Assembly (NCBI GenBank): GCA_963748825.1
Contig: CAVVKN010000007.1
Span: 26,232-90,231 of the forward strand
Direction: 5' to 3'
Length of the DNA stretch: 64,000 nt
From: Methanotrichaceae archaeon
GTDB lineage: Archaea > Halobacteriota > Methanosarcinia > Methanotrichales > Methanotrichaceae
In this document: piece by piece, positions 1-9,158 of the stretch
Numbering within the stretch: position 1 is the stretch's first letter
Layout of the letters: every line of letters begins with the position of its first letter
Program-made: the position numbers and the translations under genes
The notes under the pieces: generated by a model
What the model saw: the letters and a program-made list of their open reading frames with translations, nothing else
Databases searched by the model: none
What the model was told of the DNA's origin: nothing

Positions 1-180
1 CCGCAGAGCTTTGGCCATTCTGCTTAGCGCCGTATCTGCAGAAACGATCGCCCTCAGGAGCACAAACCTCTGCTCCTCCGGCAGGCGGTGGTGATCGGAG
101 ACATAGCGAACTGCAGAGTCACTGGGATAGCCGCGATCTACCAAGTACCTGGCCTCCTGGGCAGCACGTTTCAGCTCAGC
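1..180 (-). CDS. DUF434-family protein, N-terminal part (runs off window; start codon uncertain)
   Basis: Manual translation of the minus strand gives AELKRAAQEARYLVDRGYPSDSAVRYVSDHHRL, resembling the DUF434 N-terminal motif (YLLxRGYP...FVxxHYxL). Continues the fumarate hydratase operon. Confidence 0.6.
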
Positions 181-704
181 TCCCGTCTTTGCGCCGACCT
201 TCTCACCTCCTGATAGAGATCCTTTCCATGGGCGTCTACGGCCACGATCATGGGGCCGAATTCTTTGGCCTCAAACTCCCAGAGGGACTCGGCCATGCCC
301 AGTTCCGGCAGGTGCACGCCTCTTACCTGAAGCTGCTGGGCAGCGGCAGCGCCGCAGCCACCCGGATAGGCCAGATAGACGGCGCGGTTTTGGAAGGGCT
401 CGCCGGGCAGGCCGCCCTTGCCAATGATGGCCCGTACTCCCAGGTCCAGGATCTCATCCGTGTAGCGGGCCATGCGACCGCTGGTGGTCGGCCCGGCGGA
501 AAGAACCCGGTTGTCCAAGATGAGTGGACCGCAGTGATAGAGGGCGGCCCCCTCGAGGGAGACGGGGCATCCCACCCGGCGCATAAGGGCGTGGGCTTTG
601 TCGCGAGCGGTGAAGAGCGGCCCGCTCAGAAATACCACATCTCCGGCCACGAGCTTTTCCACATCCGCGTCCGAAAGAGGCGTATGGAGATGGTACTCGG
701 TCAT
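171..704 (-). CDS. Class I (Fe-S) fumarate hydratase/tartrate dehydratase, beta subunit
   Basis: TARDKAH, GPTTSGRM and IGKGG motifs. Start MTEYHL at 704 overlaps the alpha subunit stop (ATGA). Confidence 0.9.
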   Translation of the reverse strand: MTEYHLHTPLSDADVEKLVAGDVVFLSGPLFTARDKAHALMRRVGCPVSLEGAALYHCGPLILDNRVLSAGPTTSGRMARYTDEILDLGVRAIIGKGGLPGEPFQNRAVYLAYPGGCGAAAAQQLQVRGVHLPELGMAESLWEFEAKEFGPMIVAVDAHGKDLYQEVRRSAQRRELS

Positions 705-1507
705 TGGATCACCTCCGTTGCAGAGCGGTTGGCCCAGCACTGAAAGTTTATGGCCACGGGCAAAGAGGCGGTGTGGCAAAAGGCCTTCTCGATTTTTATG
801 CCAAGAGCTGTCGTTTCCCCGCCCAGACCCATGGGACCGATGCCGAGTGAATTGATCCTCTCCAAAAGCTGCAGCTCCTCCTGGGATTCGCCGGGCATGT
901 TGAGCAGAGCCCGCTTGGCCAGGCGCGCTGCCAGGTCGAAGCTGCCGCCCAGGCCAATGCCCAGGAAGAGGGGCGGACAGGCATTGGCGGCGCGCTCGGC
1001 GACGCTCCTCACAATGAAATCAAAGGGATCGTCGGCGGGATTGAGCATGCCAACCAGGCTCATGTTCTCCGAACCTGCCCCTTTGGGAAAGGCGGTGAGC
1101 TGCAGGCCCCTGCCATCTACATAATCCAGAATAATGTCGGGCATGCCGGGGCCGGTGTTATCCCCGCTGTTCTGGCGGGTCTGAGGATGGACGGCGTTGG
1201 GGCGAAGCGGGATCTTTTTTGTGGCGATTCTTACGCCCTCAGCTATTGCTTCAGAAAGGCTGAAGTCCAAAATCAGGTCGCGGCCCATCTGCACATGAAA
1301 GACTGCAAGGCCCGTGTCCTGGCAGAGGGGCAACCCCCTTTCCCCGGCGATCAACACATTCTCCAGCATGAACTGCAGATGGTGCCTGGCGAGGGGATGG
1401 CTCTCCCTGGCAGCTGCCTTTTCGATTCTCTGCAGGACCCAGTCGGGCAGAGACGTCTCCGCTCTTTGCAGGGCACGCACCGTGGCCTCTACCACCTTCT
1501 CTCTCAT
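701..1507 (-). CDS. Class I (Fe-S) fumarate hydratase/tartrate dehydratase, alpha subunit
   Basis: PLCQDTG, KGAGSEN, ACPP and CHTASLP motifs. Confidence 0.9.
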   Translation of the reverse strand: MREKVVEATVRALQRAETSLPDWVLQRIEKAAARESHPLARHHLQFMLENVLIAGERGLPLCQDTGLAVFHVQMGRDLILDFSLSEAIAEGVRIATKKIPLRPNAVHPQTRQNSGDNTGPGMPDIILDYVDGRGLQLTAFPKGAGSENMSLVGMLNPADDPFDFIVRSVAERAANACPPLFLGIGLGGSFDLAARLAKRALLNMPGESQEELQLLERINSLGIGPMGLGGETTALGIKIEKAFCHTASLPVAINFQCWANRSATEVIQ

Positions 1508-2238
1508 GCCCTCTGCCCCTTCTTGCCCGGCTCAATCTTGATGGGCTTGGACTGCTCGGGCAGCTTGAGGTTGGTCAGCTTGCCCAGAGCTCTTTCCATG
1601 GCATCTTTGTGCAGGTCTCCTGAGGTGTGGATGCCTCCAGGAGTTCCGCGCACAGCGCGGCAGGGATACTGCTGGCAGAAGAGGCCGGTCATGGAAGCCG
1701 CCTCATCCACGGTCTTTCCCACTATGCCCGCCGCTGCATGCCAGGTGGCTCCGCAGGGCGAACCGCGCACCACTTTTACCTGGCTGATGCGCCCGTCCTT
1801 CGTCTCCACATCCAGCTCGGGCTTGCCAAGTTTCTGGGCAAACTCGTCGATGACTGGAACGCCGCACTCTTCCAGGGTGCAGCAGATCTCATCAACCTCG
1901 ATATGTATGCCGTACTTCTCTGCGATCCTCTCCAGCTCGCCGATGGAGCCGGCCCGGCCGATGCCTCCGGGAATTATGGCAGCTTTGACTCCGCCGATCC
2001 CAGCCAGGCGCACGATCTCCGGAGTCAGGTCGGGATGGAAGGTATAGAGAATGAGCAGATCCGCCTGGAAGATCCTGGGATCAAGGTTTAGCTCTTTGAC
2101 AAACTCTACCGGGTCCTCGATGAAGCCGGGCAGCACCTGGGGAACCTCGACGGATACGACTGCAAAGTCCGTCCTGGTCTTGATGGTCTCTAAAAGGCGC
2201 TCGCCGTACTTTCCTCTCTTAACTACGCCAACCAGCAT
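1504..2238 (-). CDS. DUF166-family protein
   Basis: HPDL, ICCTL, RGSPCGAT, YPCRA and HTSG motifs typical of archaeal DUF166; overlaps the next gene by 4 nt. Confidence 0.7.
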   Translation of the reverse strand: MLVGVVKRGKYGERLLETIKTRTDFAVVSVEVPQVLPGFIEDPVEFVKELNLDPRIFQADLLILYTFHPDLTPEIVRLAGIGGVKAAIIPGGIGRAGSIGELERIAEKYGIHIEVDEICCTLEECGVPVIDEFAQKLGKPELDVETKDGRISQVKVVRGSPCGATWHAAAGIVGKTVDEAASMTGLFCQQYPCRAVRGTPGGIHTSGDLHKDAMERALGKLTNLKLPEQSKPIKIEPGKKGQRA

Positions 2239-2289
2239 GCTAGAACATCCGCCAGGCGTGTTAATATCCTTGCCGGATAAAGGATAATT

Positions 2290-3633
2290 ATGAACCCATC
2301 AGATACAAAATCCATGATTCCGGCTTTCCTCATCGCGGGCACCCACAGCGGCGTGGGCAAGACCACGGTTACCCTGGGCCTCATGGCCGCACTTCGCGCC
2401 CGCGGCCTGAATGTACAGCCCTTCAAGGTCGGCCCGGACTTCATCGACCCGTCCCATCATACCGCCGTATGCGGGCGGCCATCGCGCAATCTCGATCCTT
2501 TCATGATGGGCGAGGATGGCGTGCGACGCTCTTTCTGCTCAGCTCTCGCCGGAGCAGACGTAGCCGTGGTGGAGGGTGTCATGGGCCTTTACGACGGCAT
2601 GGACGGAACCCAGGTCGCCAGCTCCGCAGAGGTAGCCAAGATCCTGGACCTTCCGGTTCTGTTAGTCATAAATGTGCATGGCATGTCGCGCAGCGCTGCA
2701 GCCATGGAGAAGGGCTTTGCGGAATTTGACCGAGGCGTGCACCTGGCCGGCACGGTTCTCAATCAGGTGGGAAGCGAGCGGCACCTGGCCATGCTGAAAA
2801 GCTGCATGGACAAGCCCGTCTTCGCCGCTCTGCCGCGGGAGAGGGAGATGGAGATGAAGAGCCGTCACCTGGGGTTGGTGATGGGCTTTGAAAAGGAGCA
2901 CGATGTGCAAGCGTTGGCCGCGTTGCTGGAACGCCATGCCGCCATCGACGAAATACTGAAGCTATGCGCACCGCCTTGTCCGGCTCTGGAGGAGAAAGCA
3001 GATGCCGAGAAATCCGTGCGCATAGGCATTGCCCAGGATGAAGCCTTCTGCTTTTATTACTACGAGAACCTGCGCGAGCTGGAAAGACGCGGGGCAGAGC
3101 TGGTCTTCTTCAGCCCGCTAGAGGACGATCTGCCCGACGTGGACGGCCTTTACATCGGAGGAGGTTACCCGGAGCTACATGCCGCCCGGCTGGAGAACGC
3201 TCCCGCGAGACGACAGATCAAGCGGGCCTCGGAAGAGGGCATGCCCATCTATGGAGAGTGCGGCGGCCTGATGTACCTGGGCCATGCCATTGAGCAGGAG
3301 ACTGGCACTTTTAGAATGGTGGGGGCACTGCCCGGCTCTACTATTATGACGAAACGACTTGCAGCTCTGGGGTATGTCAAGGCAGAGGCAGTAGGACAAA
3401 ATCCTGTTGCAGGGCTTGGCAAGACCCTTCGCGGGCACGAGTTTCATTACTCGCGCTTTGACTGCGACAGGGACGCTCGCTTCGCCTACCGGCTATGCAG
3501 AGGCAAAGGCATCAAGGACGGCTGGGACGGGCTGGTGGAGCATAACACCTTGGGCGGGTACCTGCATGCTCATTTCTATTCCTTTTCCGTTGACAGGTTC
3601 ATAGAGAGCTGCAGGAACTACAGAAAAACATAG
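2290..3633 (+). CDS. cbiA: Cobyrinate/Ni-sirohydrochlorin a,c-diamide synthase (CbiA/CfbB family)
   Basis: GTHSGVGKTT P-loop, KVGPDFID, EGVMGLYDG, glutaminase ECGGLMYL, GHEFHYS. CbiA versus CfbB cannot be decided from motifs. Confidence 0.85.
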   Translation: MNPSDTKSMIPAFLIAGTHSGVGKTTVTLGLMAALRARGLNVQPFKVGPDFIDPSHHTAVCGRPSRNLDPFMMGEDGVRRSFCSALAGADVAVVEGVMGLYDGMDGTQVASSAEVAKILDLPVLLVINVHGMSRSAAAMEKGFAEFDRGVHLAGTVLNQVGSERHLAMLKSCMDKPVFAALPREREMEMKSRHLGLVMGFEKEHDVQALAALLERHAAIDEILKLCAPPCPALEEKADAEKSVRIGIAQDEAFCFYYYENLRELERRGAELVFFSPLEDDLPDVDGLYIGGGYPELHAARLENAPARRQIKRASEEGMPIYGECGGLMYLGHAIEQETGTFRMVGALPGSTIMTKRLAALGYVKAEAVGQNPVAGLGKTLRGHEFHYSRFDCDRDARFAYRLCRGKGIKDGWDGLVEHNTLGGYLHAHFYSFSVDRFIESCRNYRKT

Positions 3634-3970
3634 CTGGCAAAAAAGGACGTTATAACAGTATGGAGAATGCCTCAAAGTGGATCACAAATAAGTATCTTCG
3701 TGAAGAAATCATTCGCGATTGGCTCATCGAAATCCGTTTTCTGAGAAATAGCCATTATTCCAATTTAAAGAATAATTTTATTGAATATTTATATCCAAAT
3801 GACGTGCAATTAAATGTGAAATACTATGTCTCATCGTTTTCTATTTAGTGAAAATACTTTGATAATTGGTAAATACTCCTTGCATTCTAAGATATATAGA
3901 TTCATTATGGAGAAAAGCTTAAATGCATATCCATGTGCACATAGGCCCATAAGCAAATGGAGTGTTAACT

Positions 3971-4222
3971 ATGAGCAAAATAACAAGCGGAATTGTGCTC
4001 TTCTCTCTCCTGATGGCCCTCTCTCTGGGAGTCGCCTTCGCTGAGTCTGAAGTTGCTGCAACTGAGAATGTAACTGAGAACGCCACGAACGTAACCAATA
4101 TGACCAACGCCACAAATGTCACCATCATCACCAACGTCACCAATGTGATCAACGCTACCAATGTCACCATCATCACCAACGAAACAAATGTGACCGTTGA
4201 AGCAAGCGAAGTAGCAAAGTAA
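3971..4222 (+). CDS. Small secreted low-complexity protein rich in N-x-T sequons
   Basis: Signal peptide (MSKITSGIVLFSLLMALSLGVAFA) followed by 11 N-x-T sequons; internal DNA repeat aatgtcaccatcatcaccaac. Confidence 0.7.
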   Translation: MSKITSGIVLFSLLMALSLGVAFAESEVAATENVTENATNVTNMTNATNVTIITNVTNVINATNVTIITNETNVTVEASEVAK

Positions 4223-4393
4223 GCTATTATCGTAATCCGTCCCGTTGGGCGGAAAGCTGGGCAGGTTCTCCCTGCCGGTCATTTTTCTTTTGGCTTGCAG
4301 ATTCACATTAATAGGTCCTATAAGTATAATTGAAGAATGCGAAGAAATTTTTAGAAAGGCTTATATTTTTCTGAGAATAGGATTGTTTGAGGT

Positions 4394-5101
4394 ATGAATA
4401 TGAGAAGCATAAATGCGTTGATATTATTAACCGTACTGCTGACATTTTCGGCAGGCTCCGTCCTGGCACAGGATGCCATGAATGCCACAAATGCCATGAA
4501 TGTCACAAATGACACTGTTGTCGCAGATGTCGCGCCCGTAGAAGAAGCTGCAGCTCCTCTGACGGAAACCGTGGAAGCGATTGAAGCTGCGCCACAAGAG
4601 ACCGCATCAAGGTTCAAGCAGCTCTCCACCTTTGTTAAGGGAGCAACTACGGTCCTGGGAAAGAACACAGCTCAGGAATACATGGATGTGTCTAAGACCG
4701 CTAACCGAGATACAGTATTCACCCGTGATGCGGGCGCTTCCACTCCTGCCGTGAAGGTTGGCATCACCAAGGTAAACACGGCAGAAGACAAATATGTCCA
4801 GATAACCAACCAGGCAGTTGGATCCTGGGACTTGACTGGATGGACCCTGGCCTCGGCCGGAAACACCACCTTTACCTTCCCGGCGCTGACCCTGGAAGAG
4901 GAAAGCTCTGTGCGCGTTCATGAGGGTGAGGGAGTGGGCAGCAAGAGCAATATCTACACCAACAGCTCTGCCCCCCTCTGGATCGATAACCTGGTATCCC
5001 TGCAGGATGCCGATGGAAGTATCATATCAACTTATGATGTCTCCACAGCTCCTGCAGTAGGCGCGTGGTTCGATCCACTGGCCAGGCAGATCCAATACTA
5101 G
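4394..5101 (+). CDS. Secreted lamin-tail-domain (LTD) protein
   Basis: Signal peptide, N-x-T-rich linker, C-terminal EDKYVQITN...DLTGWTL...FTFP...L..ESSVRVH pattern of LTD. Confidence 0.7.
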   Translation: MNMRSINALILLTVLLTFSAGSVLAQDAMNATNAMNVTNDTVVADVAPVEEAAAPLTETVEAIEAAPQETASRFKQLSTFVKGATTVLGKNTAQEYMDVSKTANRDTVFTRDAGASTPAVKVGITKVNTAEDKYVQITNQAVGSWDLTGWTLASAGNTTFTFPALTLEEESSVRVHEGEGVGSKSNIYTNSSAPLWIDNLVSLQDADGSIISTYDVSTAPAVGAWFDPLARQIQY

Positions 5102-5192
5102 ATTCCGTTGGCCGCAATTCTAGGGCGGCATATACCTTTTTTAAACATTAGTTCAGAGCAACCGTTACAATGACAGTTGAACAAGCTGGCAT

Positions 5193-5930
5193 CTAGATGT
5201 AGACCGCCGTTCCTGGCTCTACGTTGATTATCTTTGTGCCACCCCTTTCAAAGAACATTGTCTTCGGGTAGTTGAACTGACCATCGTAGACCCGAATATC
5301 ATGGTTCTGGTTGCCAACCACACTAAAGCTGAACCTTCCATCAAGCGGATCTCCACCAGTTCCTTCGGTGCCTATGTAATTGCCATCCAGGAATATCTGA
5401 TATCCTCTCATGCCTTGGGATACTATTGTGGCTGTGGAATCACCTGTGGTTGCAGCGGGAGACTGCGTGATTGTATATTTGGGTGCAGGAATTTGTGCGA
5501 CTGGATAGGTAGCCGTTGGTCTTGGATAGACTCTTACGGAAGATTTTGTTTTTGCATAATCCATAGTTTCTGCCCAGTTCTTTTGGAATGGCTCCCAATT
5601 CATTCCGGCTAAAGAATTCAATCTAAAGTCGGAATAATAAGGTGATGAATAAAATGGGTATACTCCATAAGGTCCTGGGTATGTGCCGTTCCTAAATTGA
5701 TAAGGATAGGCATAATCTCTGAAAAACTCCGCGCCAAAGTAGGGATAGTATATCATCTCAGAACTCTGGCGTTGGTTTGGGGAAAATATCGGATCTGTGA
5801 AGTATTGGGCGACATCACCGCTATAAGGTCCGACGTATCCTCCACCAAGCCATTCCTGTCCACAAGCAATACTAATCAGCAAGCATAAGGTTAACACTGC
5901 TATATACGGCAAAAATTTTCTATATATCAT
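5193..5930 (-). CDS. Secreted Tyr/Pro-rich protein with C-terminal PEGA-like beta domain
   Basis: Signal peptide; YQIFLDGNYIGT motif resembles PEGA. Confidence 0.55.
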   Translation of the reverse strand: MIYRKFLPYIAVLTLCLLISIACGQEWLGGGYVGPYSGDVAQYFTDPIFSPNQRQSSEMIYYPYFGAEFFRDYAYPYQFRNGTYPGPYGVYPFYSSPYYSDFRLNSLAGMNWEPFQKNWAETMDYAKTKSSVRVYPRPTATYPVAQIPAPKYTITQSPAATTGDSTATIVSQGMRGYQIFLDGNYIGTEGTGGDPLDGRFSFSVVGNQNHDIRVYDGQFNYPKTMFFERGGTKIINVEPGTAVYI

Positions 5931-6287
5931 ACGATTTCACAAGATACCGTTATCACTAATGGAATTTAACACTGCCTATATTCAGAAAAATTTTATCTGT
6001 TCATGGGCATCGTTATCCGAAAGAATATTATGAACGCAACAGGCTTGAGACAAGAATTAGGCGATGTCGAGGCACTGGGAGGGACCCTTCATGCCTCGAC
6101 TATCGCCCGGCTTTAGTTCGACGTTCAACGATATAAAGAATGTGCTTGACCCGAATTTCGCTACAATTGATTTGTCCTGATACAGTGTTGCTGCACGGGG
6201 AAGGATGCATAAGAAGATGAGATTGCTGCAAGCCTGCGAATCCGAATGCAAATAGCGATTCCCATCAATCTAAATGCCATTGTTCTT

Positions 6288-6518
6288 TTACCATCTCGGT
6301 CCCGCCAAAGCCCGCTTCCCCAGATTTGTTAGTCCGGCCGCACATATGCCGTTGGGGAGGCTAGAATCCACCATATTCGTTTCGCTTTGGGTCTTGACAT
6401 ATCCCTGCATCTCCAAGACCCCAAGGCGTGCTCCAAGTTCTTCTGGATCAAGTTTTACCAAAGAATTAATCCTATCCGCTTTTGGGTAGGGAACCTTGAG
6501 GTCAGCTATTGCTTTCAT
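6288..6518 (-). CDS. Small hypothetical protein, possible winged helix
   Basis: 76 aa; LGVLEMQGYV...GLTNLGKRAL resembles a wHTH wing. Confidence 0.45.
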   Translation of the reverse strand: MKAIADLKVPYPKADRINSLVKLDPEELGARLGVLEMQGYVKTQSETNMVDSSLPNGICAAGLTNLGKRALAGPRW

Positions 6519-6674
6519 GATCTCAAAATCGATAGTGTCCGTTGTTTATCACCTCGAGTTAATCATAGTGTAGCCCTGTTATAGTTATCGTTTCTTGTAA
6601 GTGTCCCGAATCTTCATTTGGGGTGGCGATTTTTGGTCGAAACGGTTTTATTGGAAGATGACCTCTTTTAATAC

Positions 6675-6830
6675 ATGGCTATCGAGAGAAGTATTAAGAA
6701 CTTGATTTTGTTGGTTCTTGCAATCGTAATCGTTGCTTTCCTTTGGAGGACCATGTGGTTCCTGGGCGGATTGGCCTTATTCGCAATTGTGGTCTATTTC
6801 GTTTACCAGTTGCTCAAAGGCAACCTCTAG
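6675..6830 (+). CDS. Small two-helix membrane protein (51 aa, not in ORF track)
   Basis: Manual translation: MAIERSIKNLILLVLAIVIVAFLWRTMWFLGGLALFAIVVYFVYQLLKGNL*; TTTTAT-like box about 25 nt upstream. Confidence 0.6.
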   Translation: MAIERSIKNLILLVLAIVIVAFLWRTMWFLGGLALFAIVVYFVYQLLKGNL

Positions 6831-7101
6831 TTCGTCCACTTTTTATCGCAAAACAAAACGCGTTACCGACAGACAGATTGATCAGAATGAAAATCCCTAG
6901 GCGCGGTCTAGCTGATGAAGGACAAAAATAATCAGGATCTAGCGAGCAATTGCGGGACTCAAAAAAGCGTAACATCCGGGTGTTATGGATAATTATGAAC
7001 TTTTCTTTAGCAAATTTAAATAAAAAATATACCAAATATATATTAAGAGTCAATTCTTATTGTGGATTCAGGTTGATTGCATCTCTTAAAAAAATCCACA
7101 C

Positions 7102-7193
7102 GTGCTTTGTTTCCAAATAGGACTCCAGGCCATCGTGTCCCAGTTCTCGCCAGAGACTGCTCTCCTTGCACCTGCCAAAGAGCGCTTGCAGGT
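7102..7193 (-). repeat. Degenerate direct copy of the aldehyde dehydrogenase 3' end (matches 9177-9268)
   Basis: 92 nt collinear, about 79/92 identical by hand count; translates FGRCKESSLWRELGHDGLESYLETKH versus FGGWKESGLGRELGHYGLEAYLETKH. Confidence 0.85.
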
Positions 7194-7207
7194 GATTTGA
7201 ATTCAAA

Positions 7208-7987
7208 TCAGGTCGAGCAAGGACACCATCTCTCCAGGCCAAGCAGATATGCGGCACCTGCTGCGGTGGTCCCATAGAATACAACTCTTTTGTCTTGGCC
7301 GATGGCCGTTTCCATTAGATCAACAATGGTGCCGTTGGCAAGTGTCGATCCGGTTATCAAGATGAGCGAGCAGCTCTCCAGCATCTCTCCTGCCTGCATT
7401 CCGTCCAGAACCCTCACATGGCAACGGACTGTTCCGGCCTCAGCCAGATCCGAGACCATAACCCTTTCCGGACCGAGGGCCTGTACCAGGGCTTCGAGAA
7501 GCGCGGGCTGCAAACCTACCAGCCCCACCTTCCCCACGTCCTGTTCAATTATCCATTTCGCCAATGAGGCTGCGCATCTCCTGGGTCCATCATCTCTGCA
7601 GTGAACCGTTTCTTCGATCTTTCCCAGATATCTGAGCACGGCATTCATGGTTGCGATCAGCACAGCCCGCTCGAAGCTACCGCTAAGCGGCAGCTCCAAC
7701 ACATCACCTAGAGACCCGTGAAAGCCTCCCGTTGCTGCGGTGAACGCCTGCCCAACAGCGCCTCTGTAGACGGCCTGCATGAGCACCTCTTTCCCCCTGA
7801 TGATGGGAAAGTCCTTCCTGCCTGTATCTCCGATGGCCTCGGCGACGCTGAGAGGACGGCTTACCACCAGTTCATCTCGCAGATTCACAGATTCGCAAAC
7901 ATTGCTTTGTGACTCAAGCTCTGCAATGAAGCGGCTCTTAGCCTCCTGCAGCAGATCTTCTTTCAACATCTTAGCCTCAAGTTTCAT
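7208..7987 (-). CDS. DUF364 / Rossmann-like putative heavy-metal chelation protein
   Basis: ERAVLIATMNAV and LILITGSTLANGT motifs; overlaps the modA stop by 4 nt. Confidence 0.7.
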   Translation of the reverse strand: MKLEAKMLKEDLLQEAKSRFIAELESQSNVCESVNLRDELVVSRPLSVAEAIGDTGRKDFPIIRGKEVLMQAVYRGAVGQAFTAATGGFHGSLGDVLELPLSGSFERAVLIATMNAVLRYLGKIEETVHCRDDGPRRCAASLAKWIIEQDVGKVGLVGLQPALLEALVQALGPERVMVSDLAEAGTVRCHVRVLDGMQAGEMLESCSLILITGSTLANGTIVDLMETAIGQDKRVVFYGTTAAGAAYLLGLERWCPCST

Positions 7988-8787
7988 CTCACCGGAATGA
8001 ATCCGTATTTATCCAGGATGGCCTGACCCTCATTGGACATTATCAGATCGATGAACGCCTGCGCCTCCTTTGCATATTTTGACTGCGAGAGCGCGCCCAC
8101 CGGGAAATCTCCTATCACATTATATTTGTCGGGAATGAGAATCTTAGTGACCTTGCCCACCATCTGCGGGCTGACATCGGATATGAAGGCAAATCCCGCA
8201 TCTGCTTCACCCAGGGCGACTTTGGAGACGACGCGGTTTACAGTGGTCTCCTGGGAGACGACATTGGCCAGGACCGACTCTTTGAAGACAGGGCCATATT
8301 CCGGGTCCGCGGCGAGCTTTTCCAGAACCTGAAGGGCATAATCCCCAGCAGGAAGCTCTTTGGTCCCCATTAAGATCTTGACACCAGGGACGGCCAGATC
8401 CTTCAGACCTGTGATGTTGGCTGGATTGCCATTGGGCACTATTATGGCAACTTTGTTCCGGACGAAGATCTCAACGGTTTTATTTTCGATGAAGCCTTCC
8501 GACTTCAAGGCATTCATGTGCTTGAGGTTTGCTGACACCAGAACGTCGGCATAGGCTCCCTGCTCAATCTGGGCGCGCAGAGCAGGCACACCGTCGAAGT
8601 TGAATCTTACGCTCATATTACTGTGGTTCTCGTAGATCTCGCCAATCTCATTCAACGCCCCTGTAAGCCCGGCACCGCAAAAAACGGTAAGCTCTCGTTG
8701 CTCCTCGGCCAGACCCGCAGATGCATCCAGTAACAGGGCTGCAAGCAATGCAATAGATATTAGATATGATATTCGATTATTGGTCAA
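7984..8787 (-). CDS. modA: Molybdate/tungstate ABC transporter substrate-binding protein
   Basis: Signal peptide, LRAQIEQGAYADV, PAGDYA, GEADAGF, ILDKYGF motifs. Confidence 0.85.
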   Translation of the reverse strand: MTNNRISYLISIALLAALLLDASAGLAEEQRELTVFCGAGLTGALNEIGEIYENHSNMSVRFNFDGVPALRAQIEQGAYADVLVSANLKHMNALKSEGFIENKTVEIFVRNKVAIIVPNGNPANITGLKDLAVPGVKILMGTKELPAGDYALQVLEKLAADPEYGPVFKESVLANVVSQETTVNRVVSKVALGEADAGFAFISDVSPQMVGKVTKILIPDKYNVIGDFPVGALSQSKYAKEAQAFIDLIMSNEGQAILDKYGFIPVR

Positions 8788-9158
8788 TGGTCATTCCCCC
8801 CGAACCACTTACTTTAATTTTTATGAAACCGCTTGCCGATTATGGCAGCCGCCATTTCAGATTATTATATTACAATCTCTTCCGGTCCTGGATCATCCAG
8901 ACCCTCGGTTCCTGCCAGGTGGTATAGGCCGGGGACGTTCAATTTGCCTCCGGCCTTCGGTCATGCCAAAAGTTGGTGGACACAACTTTAAAATATGGCT
9001 CCATGAAGTGAAGTGCTTAATCTGTTCCATCGTCTTGACCTCGACTCACCTCCGTAAGCCAAAATGCCTGCTGATTATAAGGAATTATTTGAGAAGAAGG
9101 CGGCAAATTTCGGAATCATGCAGATGGATTATGAAAAGGTGTGAGCAGATAGGTGCGC

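Noticed and set aside
189-2091. Long antisense or alternate-frame ORFs (e.g. 189-743, 1187-2047; similarly 21045-21959, 22681-23604, 36302-37033)
   Set aside because: Shadow ORFs of GC-rich genes with no recognisable motifs.
8870-9070. Moco riboswitch or RNA element upstream of modA
   Set aside because: No convincing conserved structure; one minus frame (FMEPYFKVVSTNFWHD...WQEPRVW) looks like an unidentifiable gene remnant.
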